DNA of 61,382 nt, the filler included, from Sluysia triapertura (lineage: Eukaryota): the NCBI GenBank assembly GCA_046118255.1. It is 4 parts of 4 records of this genome, joined end to end, with 100 filler letters (N's around TTAATTAATTAA, not from the genome) between each part and the next. Parts side by side here need not be neighbours in the genome. Positions count along the whole stretch, not along the records: positions 25,745 to 44,895 come from JBJNIA010092009.1; positions 44,996 to 61,382 come from JBJNIA010205371.1; 2 more parts are not named here. One strand, given 5' to 3'. Positions 38,920 through 51,628 of this stretch are shown in pieces (the first letter of the stretch is position 1; each line of letters starts with the position of its first letter). Below the pieces are notes generated by a model. That model searched no databases. It was not told where the DNA came from and saw only the letters and a program-made list of their open reading frames with translations. Both the position numbers and the translations under genes were made by a program.

Positions 38920-41799
38920 GTTTTTTTTATTTATTATTAAAGAAGTTATTTATTTTTGTTCGTTTGAATCACAAATTCTTTATTATATTTGATAAGAATG
39001 ACAATAATGTTTATTTTTTTAATTATGTAATCAAATATTAGGAATTAATACTAGCTTTAGTAAATGCTCAATTGATTTGCCGACAATAAAAGAAAGTGAA
39101 TAAATTTTTTCGATAGGATCTCGTAACAAGAGAGATACTAAATTATTATCTATATTTGTTGCGTAATCATTTATTATGCATTACGGTGACTTATAATTAT
39201 TAAACTAATTTTGCATTTCTAAGTATTGGGTTTGTGAATTCAAAAGTGGTGATAATTCTGAACAGTTATCCAACGAAAAATATACGACAGCAACTAAACA
39301 CGTAATCTACTGATGTCAAACTTGCCGGTAAAACTATTTAGATGTTATAATACTTTAACCTAAACACTCGTATATCATCATTACAATTATTAATGTTAAT
39401 ATAGTTTCATAACAATATTTAGATACTGTAATTATAACTAAATCATATTTAAATCTAAATGGTTAAAAAAGATAACTAATTTCACAAGTTTAGATAATAA
39501 ATTTCACTATAAGACGAAAACAAAAACCTATAATAAAATTACCAAATTATTTTTTGGATTTTTGCTTTTATTTTTCAAAGAAATTTATCTATATTAATTA
39601 TGATAAATTTTATTATGCTTAGAAATATTTTATCAGTTTATTATCTTATTTTAATTAAATAACAGGAAAATTTCATTTAAAATTTTGGAATTTGTCAAAA
39701 TTATACATTTTTATTGAAATTGATTAGATAAGATGTTAGAAATTATTTATATAAATTTGTTTCATAATAACGTTAAATATAGGAACTAAAAATTATAAAA
39801 TATTCATGAAGTACAGTACTCAATATCTAAGGAACTGTACATCGAAATATCACACAATAATTCTAAATTAAAAAAGAAAATTGTAAGACCTTAAGCACTA
39901 CTCGAATTAATAAAAAACGTATTGGTAAATGAGTGTTTTGAAGCAGTGGAAAAGTGTAGTGACAAAAGCTATCAAGGTTAGATGTGTCAATTTCTACTAA
40001 AATTGATTGTATGATTATATGACAAGTAAAATAAAATTGAACAATAAGAATCGTGAAAATCATGTTCAGATGATGATGTGATAAATTTTAACCATCTGTT
40101 TTCAGTAATGGAAAATATTTTACCAAAAGAAAAAACAGTGTTGCAAGTTTCACCTTTCTAAAAAAAATTTGTGGTTGACTTTACTTGGATTTATCACTCT
40201 TGATGGTATATCGTAAAAGGCAATCTAAATGCTCGAAAATCATTTCTGAATATTTAAATTTAATCAAATCATTTTCCAAATAATGCAAGACAACATATTA
40301 CCAAAATGCATCTAATTAATTTAATGCCATGACAAGCTAATAGTCTTGATTTATCGAAAATGTACCAAAAATGTTAAGTAAAAAAGCTTTTTCTACATCT
40401 AGTGTTAAGGATAACACTATTACTGAAAATAAATATAATTTAATTAATTATGATATTTTTGCTTTTTGTATTTTATTAATTATGGATAATTTAAAACAAA
40501 TGACAATAATATTTAAATATTTAAATTACATAACAAAAATATATAAAACTCTTAAAACATAAACATCATAAATTCTTAATCATAAAAAATCAATATCCAT
40601 TTAAAAATATACAATATTATTGCTGTATATTCTTAAGCTATATGAGTTCACCTAGAATGGGAGACTTAAAACGTTGAGTAGGTACTCCTGTATAATTTAA
40701 AAATTTCTGGTCAAAATTTTTGTTATATTACCTTCAAACTTTTATGTGCCTATTCATTCAATAATTTCAATGAAAAAAGCACGGTTGGATATTTTTTGCA
40801 ACAAATACAATCGAGTTATATAAAATGAATAATTTAAGAATAAATGTTGACGTGTAAGGTTAGTAATAAATATTATTGAATTATAAATTTTAATTCTATC
40901 CTTAAATTACCTTGAAAAAGATCTAAGTACTTTAGTGTTTGATTTAAATAAACTTACTATGTAAAAGTAAACCAATGATTAATTTGGCAGTAATGTCCAT
41001 AGTCGTAATTATTAAATGTTGACAAGATTACTCATACACCCAAATAATGAAGGTATTCGCGAAAATAATAAGGAAACCTGAAGTTAAACATTAACTATAA
41101 TTTTAAATGAAATTAAATAAACTTATTAATGGTTGCTGTATATATTCAATTGTTATAATATCCATTCACCAGATTGTTTTCCTGATAATTATATCTAATT
41201 ATTATTCCCCAAATAATTATTAAAATCAATAAATTTTTGTTTTATTTTAAATTCCTAAACTTATGAATTTTATAAAATTCATCTTTCAAACTTATATTTT
41301 ATATTAAATATTAAAATTTAATTTTCTAATTTGTATTGTAATACATGCTTCATCTGAAGTACCATTTTTTTAAATTCATAGATGATTTCATAAAAAGGAA
41401 ACACAAAATACACTCTTTCTGCCATAAACAATATTGAATGATATGTATAAAATGACATTAAACTGTCATATGCACTTGATATATTTCTCGCACCAAATGG
41501 TGTACATAAAATCCCAAAATTCCCACGTGGGAATCATGGCAATTAATTGTTAATAAATATAGTGATTAAATGATATGCTTCATACACATATAGATATAAT
41601 ATAGATACAAATATAGATATAATTCTTAATAAAATTAATGAATTTGCTCTATTTAAAGATCATATAAAATAAAGTTCGACTAAAGTGCCATTACGAATTT
41701 ATTTTAATTGTATTAAAAAACCACCGCATAAAAGTCAGATTATAAATCTATTATATATTATATTATATTATATTACATTATATTATATTATTATGAAAG

Positions 41800-42147
41800 G
41801 CACAAATAAAATATATTAAAACTTCAAAAATTGAAGTTGTTTTATGTACTACATCAGTGGCGTCAAAACCTGTAATTAAAGAAAACTTTGAAAATATTAG
41901 ACAGGTCATTGTAGATGAAGCTGGAATGTGTACAGAACCAGAAACTCTCATACCATTGTCAGTTGTTAATTCAGAAAATGATAAACATAATTTAACTAGA
42001 CTAGTTTTAATTGGTGATCATAAGCAGTTAAGACCAATTATTCACAATAAATTGGCAAATAAACGAGGTTTACAAATATCATTGTTTGAAAGAATTCAGT
42101 TTAGACATCCTGAAGTGGTAACTATGCTAAATAATCAATATCGTATG
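41800..42147 (+). CDS. HELZ2-like helicase, exon with motifs Ib, II, III and IIIa
   Basis: VVLCTT, VIVDEAGMCTEPETLIPL, LVLIGDHKQLRP, SLFER, MLNNQYRM|GT; phase-0 AAG acceptor after a (TATTA)n tract. Confidence 0.92.
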
Positions 42148-42198
42148 GTTAGATTATTTATTTAGTACAACTCTAAATTCTGATAAATATTAATCTAA

Positions 42199-42372
42199 CA
42201 CGTTCACTGACAGCGTCATTCATGCTGTGATAAGACAGCACGGTTATAGTTTCATGCTAATTAGTACAGATAATTACATTCAAATACTAAAAATAAATAT
42301 AATTATTATGAAGTAAAACCGATATTAATTAATCACATGACGAACCCAACATTTTTTGTACCCGTGAACGTG
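42199..42372. mobile_element. piggyBac-type MITE in the helicase intron
   Basis: CTAA|CACGTTCAC...GTGAACGTG|TTAA. Confidence 0.6.
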
Positions 42373-44895
42373 TTAAGAAAAACGTATTCATACTTAATTC
42401 TTACAATTCTAATTTTTAGTAATTCCAAATAAATTGTATTAATTAATTATCAAATTATGAATATTTAATTAGATTAAATATCATTTTAATGAATAATTTT
42501 GCGAATTTCATCTAACCATGAAAAAGGTTCTTATATAAAAAAGGTACTTTTTTACTTGCATAACTTTGTAATGGGACCTAAAATGATTGATTCAAATGGT
42601 TATTCATCCTAAAAATAATATACTTGATTTGAAGTGGTTTACAAATCAATTCAATTATGACAATACTTTTTAAAAGTGATTTTATAATTATTGAAAAAAT
42701 TAAATATAAAAAGTTACATGAAGTTATACTAAGTTAATTTAGTAATTTTTTGTTTGAATATTGGTTTGCATCTTTTGGTATCTATCGATTTATATTAGTT
42801 AATTTTTATTTTTAATTAATTGTGGGAAAATGCGTTAAACTTCCATCAATGGAAATCTGCTGCTGAGTTTCTCCAATCAGAAAGTGTCTGTCAAAAGTTA
42901 TAATAGCTCTTAATCTTTAATGTATTTCTAAAAATTCTATTCTCAAATTGCTAACTTATCATTTACTTACCAATATCAATGCATTTCTTCCAATATTTTG
43001 ATTACATCTTCTGGAAAGAATTGTGTCAAGATAAAACATTGGAAAACTATTTTTAAAGACAAATTATTTATATTTTGTTAACTTTCAAAAAGTTTAAATA
43101 ATATCTGAAGATTTTAATGAATTTAAAATCAAATTCATTTTTTACATTTTGCGTTAGGATTACTTGTGAGATATATTTTCTTAAGTCTAACTATATTCCT
43201 CAATAAACTTCGCTCGACATCTTTTTGTAATGCTCTACGAAAATTAATTGATTTTATTGTCTAAGTATTTGCACATTTTCCCGAATTTTTAGGCACTACT
43301 TATTTTTTAAATGTCCGATAAACGTAAACTGGAAATTCTTTTCAAATTAATCATTAGTTTGTGGTTATATAAAAAAACTTTTGAAAAAAGGGACCTTTTA
43401 CTGATGTATTATTTGCTATCTCTACGCGAAACATTTAATTTGCAAATACTTTCTACTTTTTTGAAAATAAAGTGTAACTGCTGGATTCGCCTACCGGAAG
43501 TCACCTATATAGGAATTTAAACTATGCATCAACATTAATTAACAATTATACTTACTCTGAGTGTGTAACCTAGCTCTTTTGGTTAATCTCTTTATAAATA
43601 GAGTAAGTTCTATCTGGAGTAATTTGAATTTCTACAAAATCAAGACGGAGTACGCCATTATAAACAATTGAAATTTGTAATTCTGCAGCCAAATTTCTTA
43701 TTCGCACTTGAGGTTTCATCGTTCGTACTATTAGAGAATTATTCGGGCCTAACTTTCTTGGCTATAGTTAATAAAATTTCTGGGAAAGGTACTTAACATC
43801 TTAATAATTTTGGTCTAAATTACTGAATGCTAATATCTCTTAGAAACTCCTAACAATCTTTTTAAACGCCTTGGCTATTCCTTATTAATCTTCTAAAATT
43901 CCTTTTATTGGCAATAGTTCTTAAAATCTTTGAATGATTCCAATGCTTGTTTTGGGAATATCACTAGAGTTCGAGAAGTTTGTCAATACGTTATTTCATT
44001 AGTCACTTAATTTATTTTTTAATCTCTTGAAGATCAAAGATTTATTTAATATACTATATACTTTCCAATTACATAATTTAATATTGTTAAATTCTTTAAT
44101 TAATAATATATAACTCCTTCAATCAACTTCAATAAAATAATGAAACAATAGCAAATTACATTCAAAAATTGCAAAGTTAGTTCTTAATTGCGTTCGAAAG
44201 GAATACAAATATGAAACAAAAGGTACTTGATTCCGTTAACTATTATAAGTACAATTCAGAAAATACAAATAAATATATTTATAAATTTTTTTGAAATATT
44301 AAAATGAAATTTGAAGGTAGATTAAAACTGCCTAAAACAACTTTGCTGTAATTTAAGTAATATTTTATTCCTTAGCATAAATAAGGAGAAAATCTATAAG
44401 AACAAAGCTTACAATTTATTGTTTCCTTTCATTTAGACTAAATATTTATCTTTTAGGACCGTATTCCCCTCTAAATTGATCGATGTAAAGATCGTCGACA
44501 AACATAACAGTGATTGAATTAATTTGTAGAATGTAGCAACTCCAAGTAATAATTTATCAAATGATTTATTTCAGTTATCATTTAATTGTCTTGATATTTT
44601 TTTACGAAGAACTTCCGTAACTTAGTAGAATTTTTCCTCTTATCTTTCGAATGTATTGTTCGTTACAATTTTCTTTTCTCGATTTTATTGTTGTGAATTA
44701 AATTACTGAGTCAAATTTATATAACGTTTCAAAGAGGGCGTTGCTCCCACTAAATAATTTATTTTCAATGTCTCAATAGGTGTTACGCCTTAATTATAAT
44801 TATTATTCCTAATATTCTTATTGATATTATTTCATTTTAATTTCGTTTATATTACTACTAAATTTAAATATTATTATTATTATTATTATTATTAT

Positions 44896-44995
44896 NNNNN
44901 NNNNNNNNNNNNNNNNNNNNNNNNNNNNNNNNNNNNNNNTTAATTAATTAANNNNNNNNNNNNNNNNNNNNNNNNNNNNNNNNNNNNNNNNNNNN
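44896..44995. other. Artificial gap linker
   Basis: N44-TTAATTAATTAA-N44. Confidence 0.97.
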
Positions 44996-45136
44996 GAACG
45001 CAAAACAATGATTTTCATAAATATAAAATTTAACTTAATTCTAAAAGTTGGGACTTTTGAAAAACATCGCGGAACGCGGGACAAATTGTGAAAACCCGGG
45101 AGTGTCCAGTCAAAAGCGGGACCTCTGGTCACTTTA
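44996..45136 (-). mobile_element. hAT-Blackjack-like terminus
   Basis: - strand begins TAAAGTGACCAGAGGTCCCGC (compare TAGGGTGACCA...GTCCCG), with repeated GGGAC motifs. Confidence 0.65.
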
Positions 45137-45965
45137 TGTTTTATTTAAACAGAAACTAATTTAATTTAAAAAGTTAATCATTAAAAATAATTTATTTATT
45201 TCTTAAATAAACTATTAAAACCGCATACTTTCATTTATTGTACAAATATTTTCTATAAAATATTGATACAGCCCATTTTTCTAATTATTTTAAATTTAGA
45301 TAATTAAATTTTAAGACATTAATTAACGAAAATTAAAATTATTAATGATACACTTAGACGTCCATCCAGTTTTTCTAAGTGGAACATTATTAAAAAATGA
45401 AAATAATTTAACATTATGGAAAAAGTTACCACATAATTGGTTGGGAAAAAGTTCGTTTGCCTAGTTAAAATAATGATTTTTATGCAAGAATTTATTCAAA
45501 AACAAAAAATATTCTTCAAAAAAGACTATCAGTATGCAAACTTTGGGATTTGGTCCAAGTACCACTTGGTCATTCTAGCGTTAATGCGACTTTGCATTGT
45601 CTTGTTGAAACAAAGCACGTTTTTGATGAAAAAGACCTGGATATTTTCCAAAAGATCATCCTAAACTGCTCGCTATAAAGTTCGGCATTGATAGCGCAAG
45701 TCCAAAATGCATTTTTTTCTCAACCTAATAAAATATTTAGTTTGAAAGATAATCATTTTGAAGATTAATTTATAATTTCCTTATGAATTAAATTTAAAAT
45801 TACTTTCAAAATAAGATTTTATTCAAAATACTTAATAAAACCTTTGCAGATTAATGCAGATTTCCTTTCAGTTTTGAATTCTTGAAAACCTATCGTGATA
45901 CATTATAAGGGGTGTAATAAGTGAACATATTATACATTCAGTTCAAAATAAAATATCATTTTTAA

Positions 45966-46360
45966 CCCTTTAACCGCCGGTGAGCGCATTTTTGCGAACA
46001 TAAATTTATTTGAGAGATAATATGAAATATATGTGAGAAAAGTCATTAAAAATCTGGCATTAGTTTTAATTTCAAAATTAATAAAAAAATTAATAAAAAA
46101 CGTATAATCTTCTAACAAAAGTAATAATAACTTTAGACTTTATAATATTTTCACTTATTTTATTTGATTCAAATATTTTTCTCACAAAATGGTGGTTATT
46201 ATTGAAATAACTTTGTGCACACACTTTAAAAGCTGAAACGATTATATAAAGCATTGTCATTATTTAATCTTTTAAAACAACATGTAACATGACCTGCTGA
46301 AACCTGAGAAACATTCAGAAATACGAGTGGGATCAAATGGTCCCAGAGGCGGCGAAAGAG
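45966..46360 (+). mobile_element. piggyBac-type MITE, full length (395 bp)
   Basis: TTAA|CCCTTTAACCGCC...GGCGGCGAAAGAG|TTAA imperfect TIRs; second copy at 25745-25940. Confidence 0.85.
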
Positions 46361-49300
46361 TTAAATAAAAATCATTTCAATGTACTTGTTATAAAATAAT
46401 GTTTAATATGGATTAAAATCACAAATGAACATTCAAAAGAAAATTTTGAATGCGACTTTGAGAAAGAAACAGTTAACAATTGTCAAGAAACTGAAAACGA
46501 CAAATAGAATGCGGTTTTTTCCAAAGGCAGTATTTCAAAAAAGTATTGCCATAAAATTGTTGAAGAAATCAAAGAAAATTTAAATTCTGAAAAAATATAA
46601 TAAAATAATATCATACAATAATAATGAGTAGATTTATGCATCCATACGGCTTATATTATACGCATTGAAAGTTAAGTCTTGACAGCATTTTATATATTAC
46701 CCTATTCTATTTTACTGATTGATTGTACTTCAGTCGCGGTCCTGGTTATGAGTGGTGAATTTTAACAAAATTTATAAACAAGAACAAACAATTGATGAAA
46801 TAATTTTTTACAAAAAAGTTACGCCTTAAGGAAAAAGAAAAAAAAATAAAGATGACAATTGCTAAAGAAAAGTAACAGTAAATGTTTTTATGAATCAACA
46901 AAGTTTATTTTCTTGGAACAGCATTAATTATTATTACTTTAGATTATTAAGAAACAACAAATTAAGTGTTATTAACAAATTATGTTCATTATTTATTTAT
47001 TTAATTTTAAAAAATTGTTTTTCATAATCGTACTTTTATATTTCCCCAAGAAGACACCAACTGCTCTATTTATTCTGAATTTTTTTGGAAATTTAAGCAT
47101 TATTTAAATATTTTGTAACCATTATAAACTTAGACAACTTTTCGGGAATTAAAAATTTTGTGTTATTGTTGAGTATGAGTGGAAGTTAGAGTTAACGTAG
47201 ACGTTAATTAAGTTTGAATGGGATTCACTTGTTTTCTGTAAAAATTTTGAAAGGAGTCTAATGTCTTTCTTATTTATGTATTTCATTTCTATAATATATT
47301 TATGATAAATGTTCTTGATATAAATTTAAGACCTAATCTCATTCCTATTCAAATGTAATTCACAAAATAATATTTTTCTATCATTTATTTATCAAATGAA
47401 TTTAATTTAAATTTTATAACTTGTACAAAATTGAACATTAAATTTGGGAATAATTCATTGTCGATATTTACTTCAATATATAATTTATCATTTAATAATT
47501 TAATTATTCGAATTGTAGTGTTTCATCCCATAATTCTAAATGCTCCACTCATACTTTACATTAACCATTCATTTCTCACTGCTTATGCGATATTCTGTAA
47601 TGTGATTATTATTTTGTAATTTTATTTTATGTTAAAAAATTTGTATAAAAATACTTTTTTAAAAATAAATAAATAAAAATTTTTGTATTAAAAATAATTT
47701 TCATGAAATATTAAGAAAATTAATTAACTGTGTACTATATTAAAAATCAATCAGTAGCCATTTTATCGTCATACTTCATGGATGTCTCAAATACTAAACG
47801 CTATTTATTCCGAGATTTCAGCGAAGGAACATTGAAAGCTAACCTTTATGGTTATATTGTGGGAGATATTTTAAAGAAAAATATCAAATGCCAAGTAAGT
47901 CCATCAATTGTATTTTGTGATAACTTCGTTCGTGCTCTCAACAGTTGCTTAACAATTTGGAGAGTTCATAACATGTGTCTTGTCTGGTGAATGCTTTTTG
48001 TCATCTTCAAGTTTAACTTTATCAGTGACTTAAAAGTAAGACAGCCGAAACACTGTATTTTTGTAGATAATCATAGTATCGTAAGATTTTGGCTTAAATA
48101 TAGTAGTGCACCCGAACTTTTCGATCAAAATAAGTGGAAATTTTAATGAGAAATGTCTACTTATAATGCAAGAGTTAGAAAACTTGTTAATAGCATAGTT
48201 TGAAAGTCAAAAAATCATATTGTACAATATTAGCATTTATAATGACGATGGTATGAATCTCCAAGATTTTCATCAAAATGATGGTTTAATAAGTGCCTTG
48301 AGTCGAAATTTTATTTCACTATTTTTGTCTAGAGTTGTCGATTATTCAAAAATAAAAAAATGCTCGAGTTAAAACGTTAATTATGATACAAAAATACTGT
48401 TTATATATAAGAATTTGGAGATATTAACTTTTGTTTTATTTAATCGAACATTTAACTAAAATGTTTTAGATAAAATTTTGGTAAATGTAGTTATATTATA
48501 AAAATGTTATAATCTGATCATGTGTCCTCTTCATATCAATACCGTGTTCTAGAACAATCAATGCTAAAATTAGTGATGTATTACACATTACATCCTACAA
48601 CGGATCCATTGAGGCAGTATATTGTTCTACGTTCTTCTATGTTGGTAGACTCAAGAACATACTTTAATTTTATCACAATTTATTTATGTTTGTGATTTTT
48701 CTAACAATTTAGTAATAGTTTTATCTATTTAGTTTGTAACAAATTAACAGTGCTCAAGAGTGTAATGTTTAAGCAAATGTTTACAAATAAAATTCTTTTA
48801 AAAGATATATTTGTTAATTGTAAAAGTAAAAAAACAAATCTTAAATTTAAAATATGTTTAAATATATTAGATAACTTATCTAAAGTTTATTTAACAGCTA
48901 GAAACCAATAAGATCCAATTTTACAGCCTCATCTTCATGCGAATGCATTACTTCATTAATGCACCCTTTATGCTGCATAATAAGGCTTTTGACTCCATTT
49001 ATACTACATACATATATTTCTCAATTGTTCAATTTTCAATAAAATTAACAAACATTGTCTATATCTCAATGAGGCAGTACTCACTCATCTTTTATTTGTT
49101 GATTCGCCAACATCGTTCTTTATCAAGAGTCATAAGAATTCTATTAATGCTCGACCATCCAAAGCAAATAAAGTAAATGATAATTTACTAATTGATACAA
49201 CAAAAACATATTCATCTCACTCTTTACACAAAACGAATTAATTCAATGAAAGCAGCCTACACACTCAACTTCAATTAAGCTTAACATTATTTTTATTTCA

Positions 49301-51580
49301 CAACTTTTACTGACATGAGACGTACTATCAGCATATTGTTATTAATGAAGTGATGACCTACCTTTGAAATACAAGAAGATAATTAAACTATTACAAAGTA
49401 AATCGTAATAAACATTCAAATAAATTTCAATGATTGATCATGTCGTTTTTCTTCTTCTAGAGCTTCCACTGAATTGTACTGTTCTTCCTCATCATCTACC
49501 TCATTATTGTGCACTTTTAGTTTGAATTATTAATAGTAATGTTATTTCTACATTGAATGCTGATTCTATTGGTGCATATATATTAAATTTATAAACATCG
49601 GCGAGCAAAATTTTTTCTCTACGTGATATAAAACATTTTCCAATGTTTTTCAGTTCTGCTGAGACTTTAACTCGATATCATTTTGATATTTTCTATTTAC
49701 CATTTTTCGACACCACAAATAAAGCTTCTACAGGGATTGCATTTTTGAGCTGCCTGTAACATATGCAGATAAATTCTGTCTATGAAATAAAATTTATACC
49801 TATATTGCATAAATTTTTGGTAAAGGTTGTGCGGTCAAATCAAAAGAAAACAAACATTAAAAGCGTTTATATAAAAAATGTTGATTTTCAAAATACTTTC
49901 CAGCTTAATAGGCAGATCAGTTTAAAATTTTAAAGTCATAAAAATTTTTGTCGCTTATATTCACAATCTTTTAAAATAAGATCAGTCACTTTATAAACAT
50001 TTTATAATCTTATCAATAGAAATATAATGGACAGTATATCAAATTTCATTTAAGCCCATTTGAATAAAAATATAATCAATAATAATAAAATGTAGCCGCT
50101 ACAGATAAACGAGGCACAATTTTCAAAACATATAACATTGATAAGTTTACAATGATTTGATCAAAGTGTCTTAATTACTCTTAATTTCCATATTCCTTTA
50201 TGAATTATAAGATTTATCCAATAATGTCATTTCTACTCAAGTTATCTGAAGACTGAGTGGTACTGTACATCTTATTTATTTTATCGTTCGAAGCACATAA
50301 AGGAAATTTTAAAAATGCACACATAAAGAAAGTTTTCAAACATTCTGAGTGCTGTATTTATTATGATTAAAATAAAGCAACAATAATAATTTAATAGAAA
50401 ATAAATTATCATGATTAAAAACAGAATAATTAGTAATAAAAATAAATTTTATCATTAAAATTATTAAAATTTTGTTTGAATAATAATTTGTTTAATTTAA
50501 AAATAATTGATAATATGAAGAATAATTAAATGTGAATTTATTATTTATTGGTTAATAAATTAATTATTATGTTTGCTATGTTGTAAGAAGTTTTGAATTT
50601 TAATTTTGTGAAATGATCTAATTTGATGATCTAAAAACGTTTGGATATGAAGTGAATTTAATGTGCTAAATTTGATATAACTTTAAAGTTCTATAAAACA
50701 ATGAATAATCAATAACAAAGAAATGTTTAATGCAACGTTATTGTTGAGTGGTTTAAGATTAGAATTGTTTAATGAATATCGTTATGAGTTAATTGATTAT
50801 AAAAGTTGTACGATACAAAATGCACGAATAACATGTGATTTAGAATGGGAATTTTGTTAAATATTTTATGAGTTACAGCTTCATTATGTGGTGTTACTAT
50901 AATAAAAGTGTACGTTCCAAATTGAGCCACAACACAACTGTTAATTAATTGGTTTTAATTATTTTTATTATTAACGAAATTATAGTAAAATAAATGTACA
51001 AAATAAATGTACCATTTACAATATCCATCGTTTACGGAAAACATTTTCTTTGTCACTTTAATAAACAAATTTCATTGGATCTTACCAACTAATCGATGTA
51101 ACAATTTAGTGTTTCTTAATATCGACTTCTGGTATTTAATCTTTCAGATAATTAATGTCATCAAAGTTTTGTATGAATGATTTTATAGAATAAATTAAAA
51201 TTCTACATAATATTTTAAGTCTTATTTGTGAATTATAAAAGACTACTTAAATTTCAATACATATTAATAAAATTCGTAAAAATATTTGTGGTTTATACAT
51301 AAATTGGTGGCTCTAAAGATGTTGAAAAAATGTGAATATATATATATATGTAAATTCACCTTGTACTATATTTACAAAATACAAGAAAGAAACAAAAATA
51401 AAATAATATCAGTGAAGAATTGCTAAAAAAATCAATTACTTTTATAATATATAATTAAGAAAATGATGGGTTGAGATAAAACTAATACGATGTAATTTTG
51501 AAAAGAAATTTCAAACTACCACAATCAGTTATTGATTAATAATTGAGTTTATTAACAGAATATTTTCATCGATCAAAATA

Positions 51581-51628
<48 letters not shown>

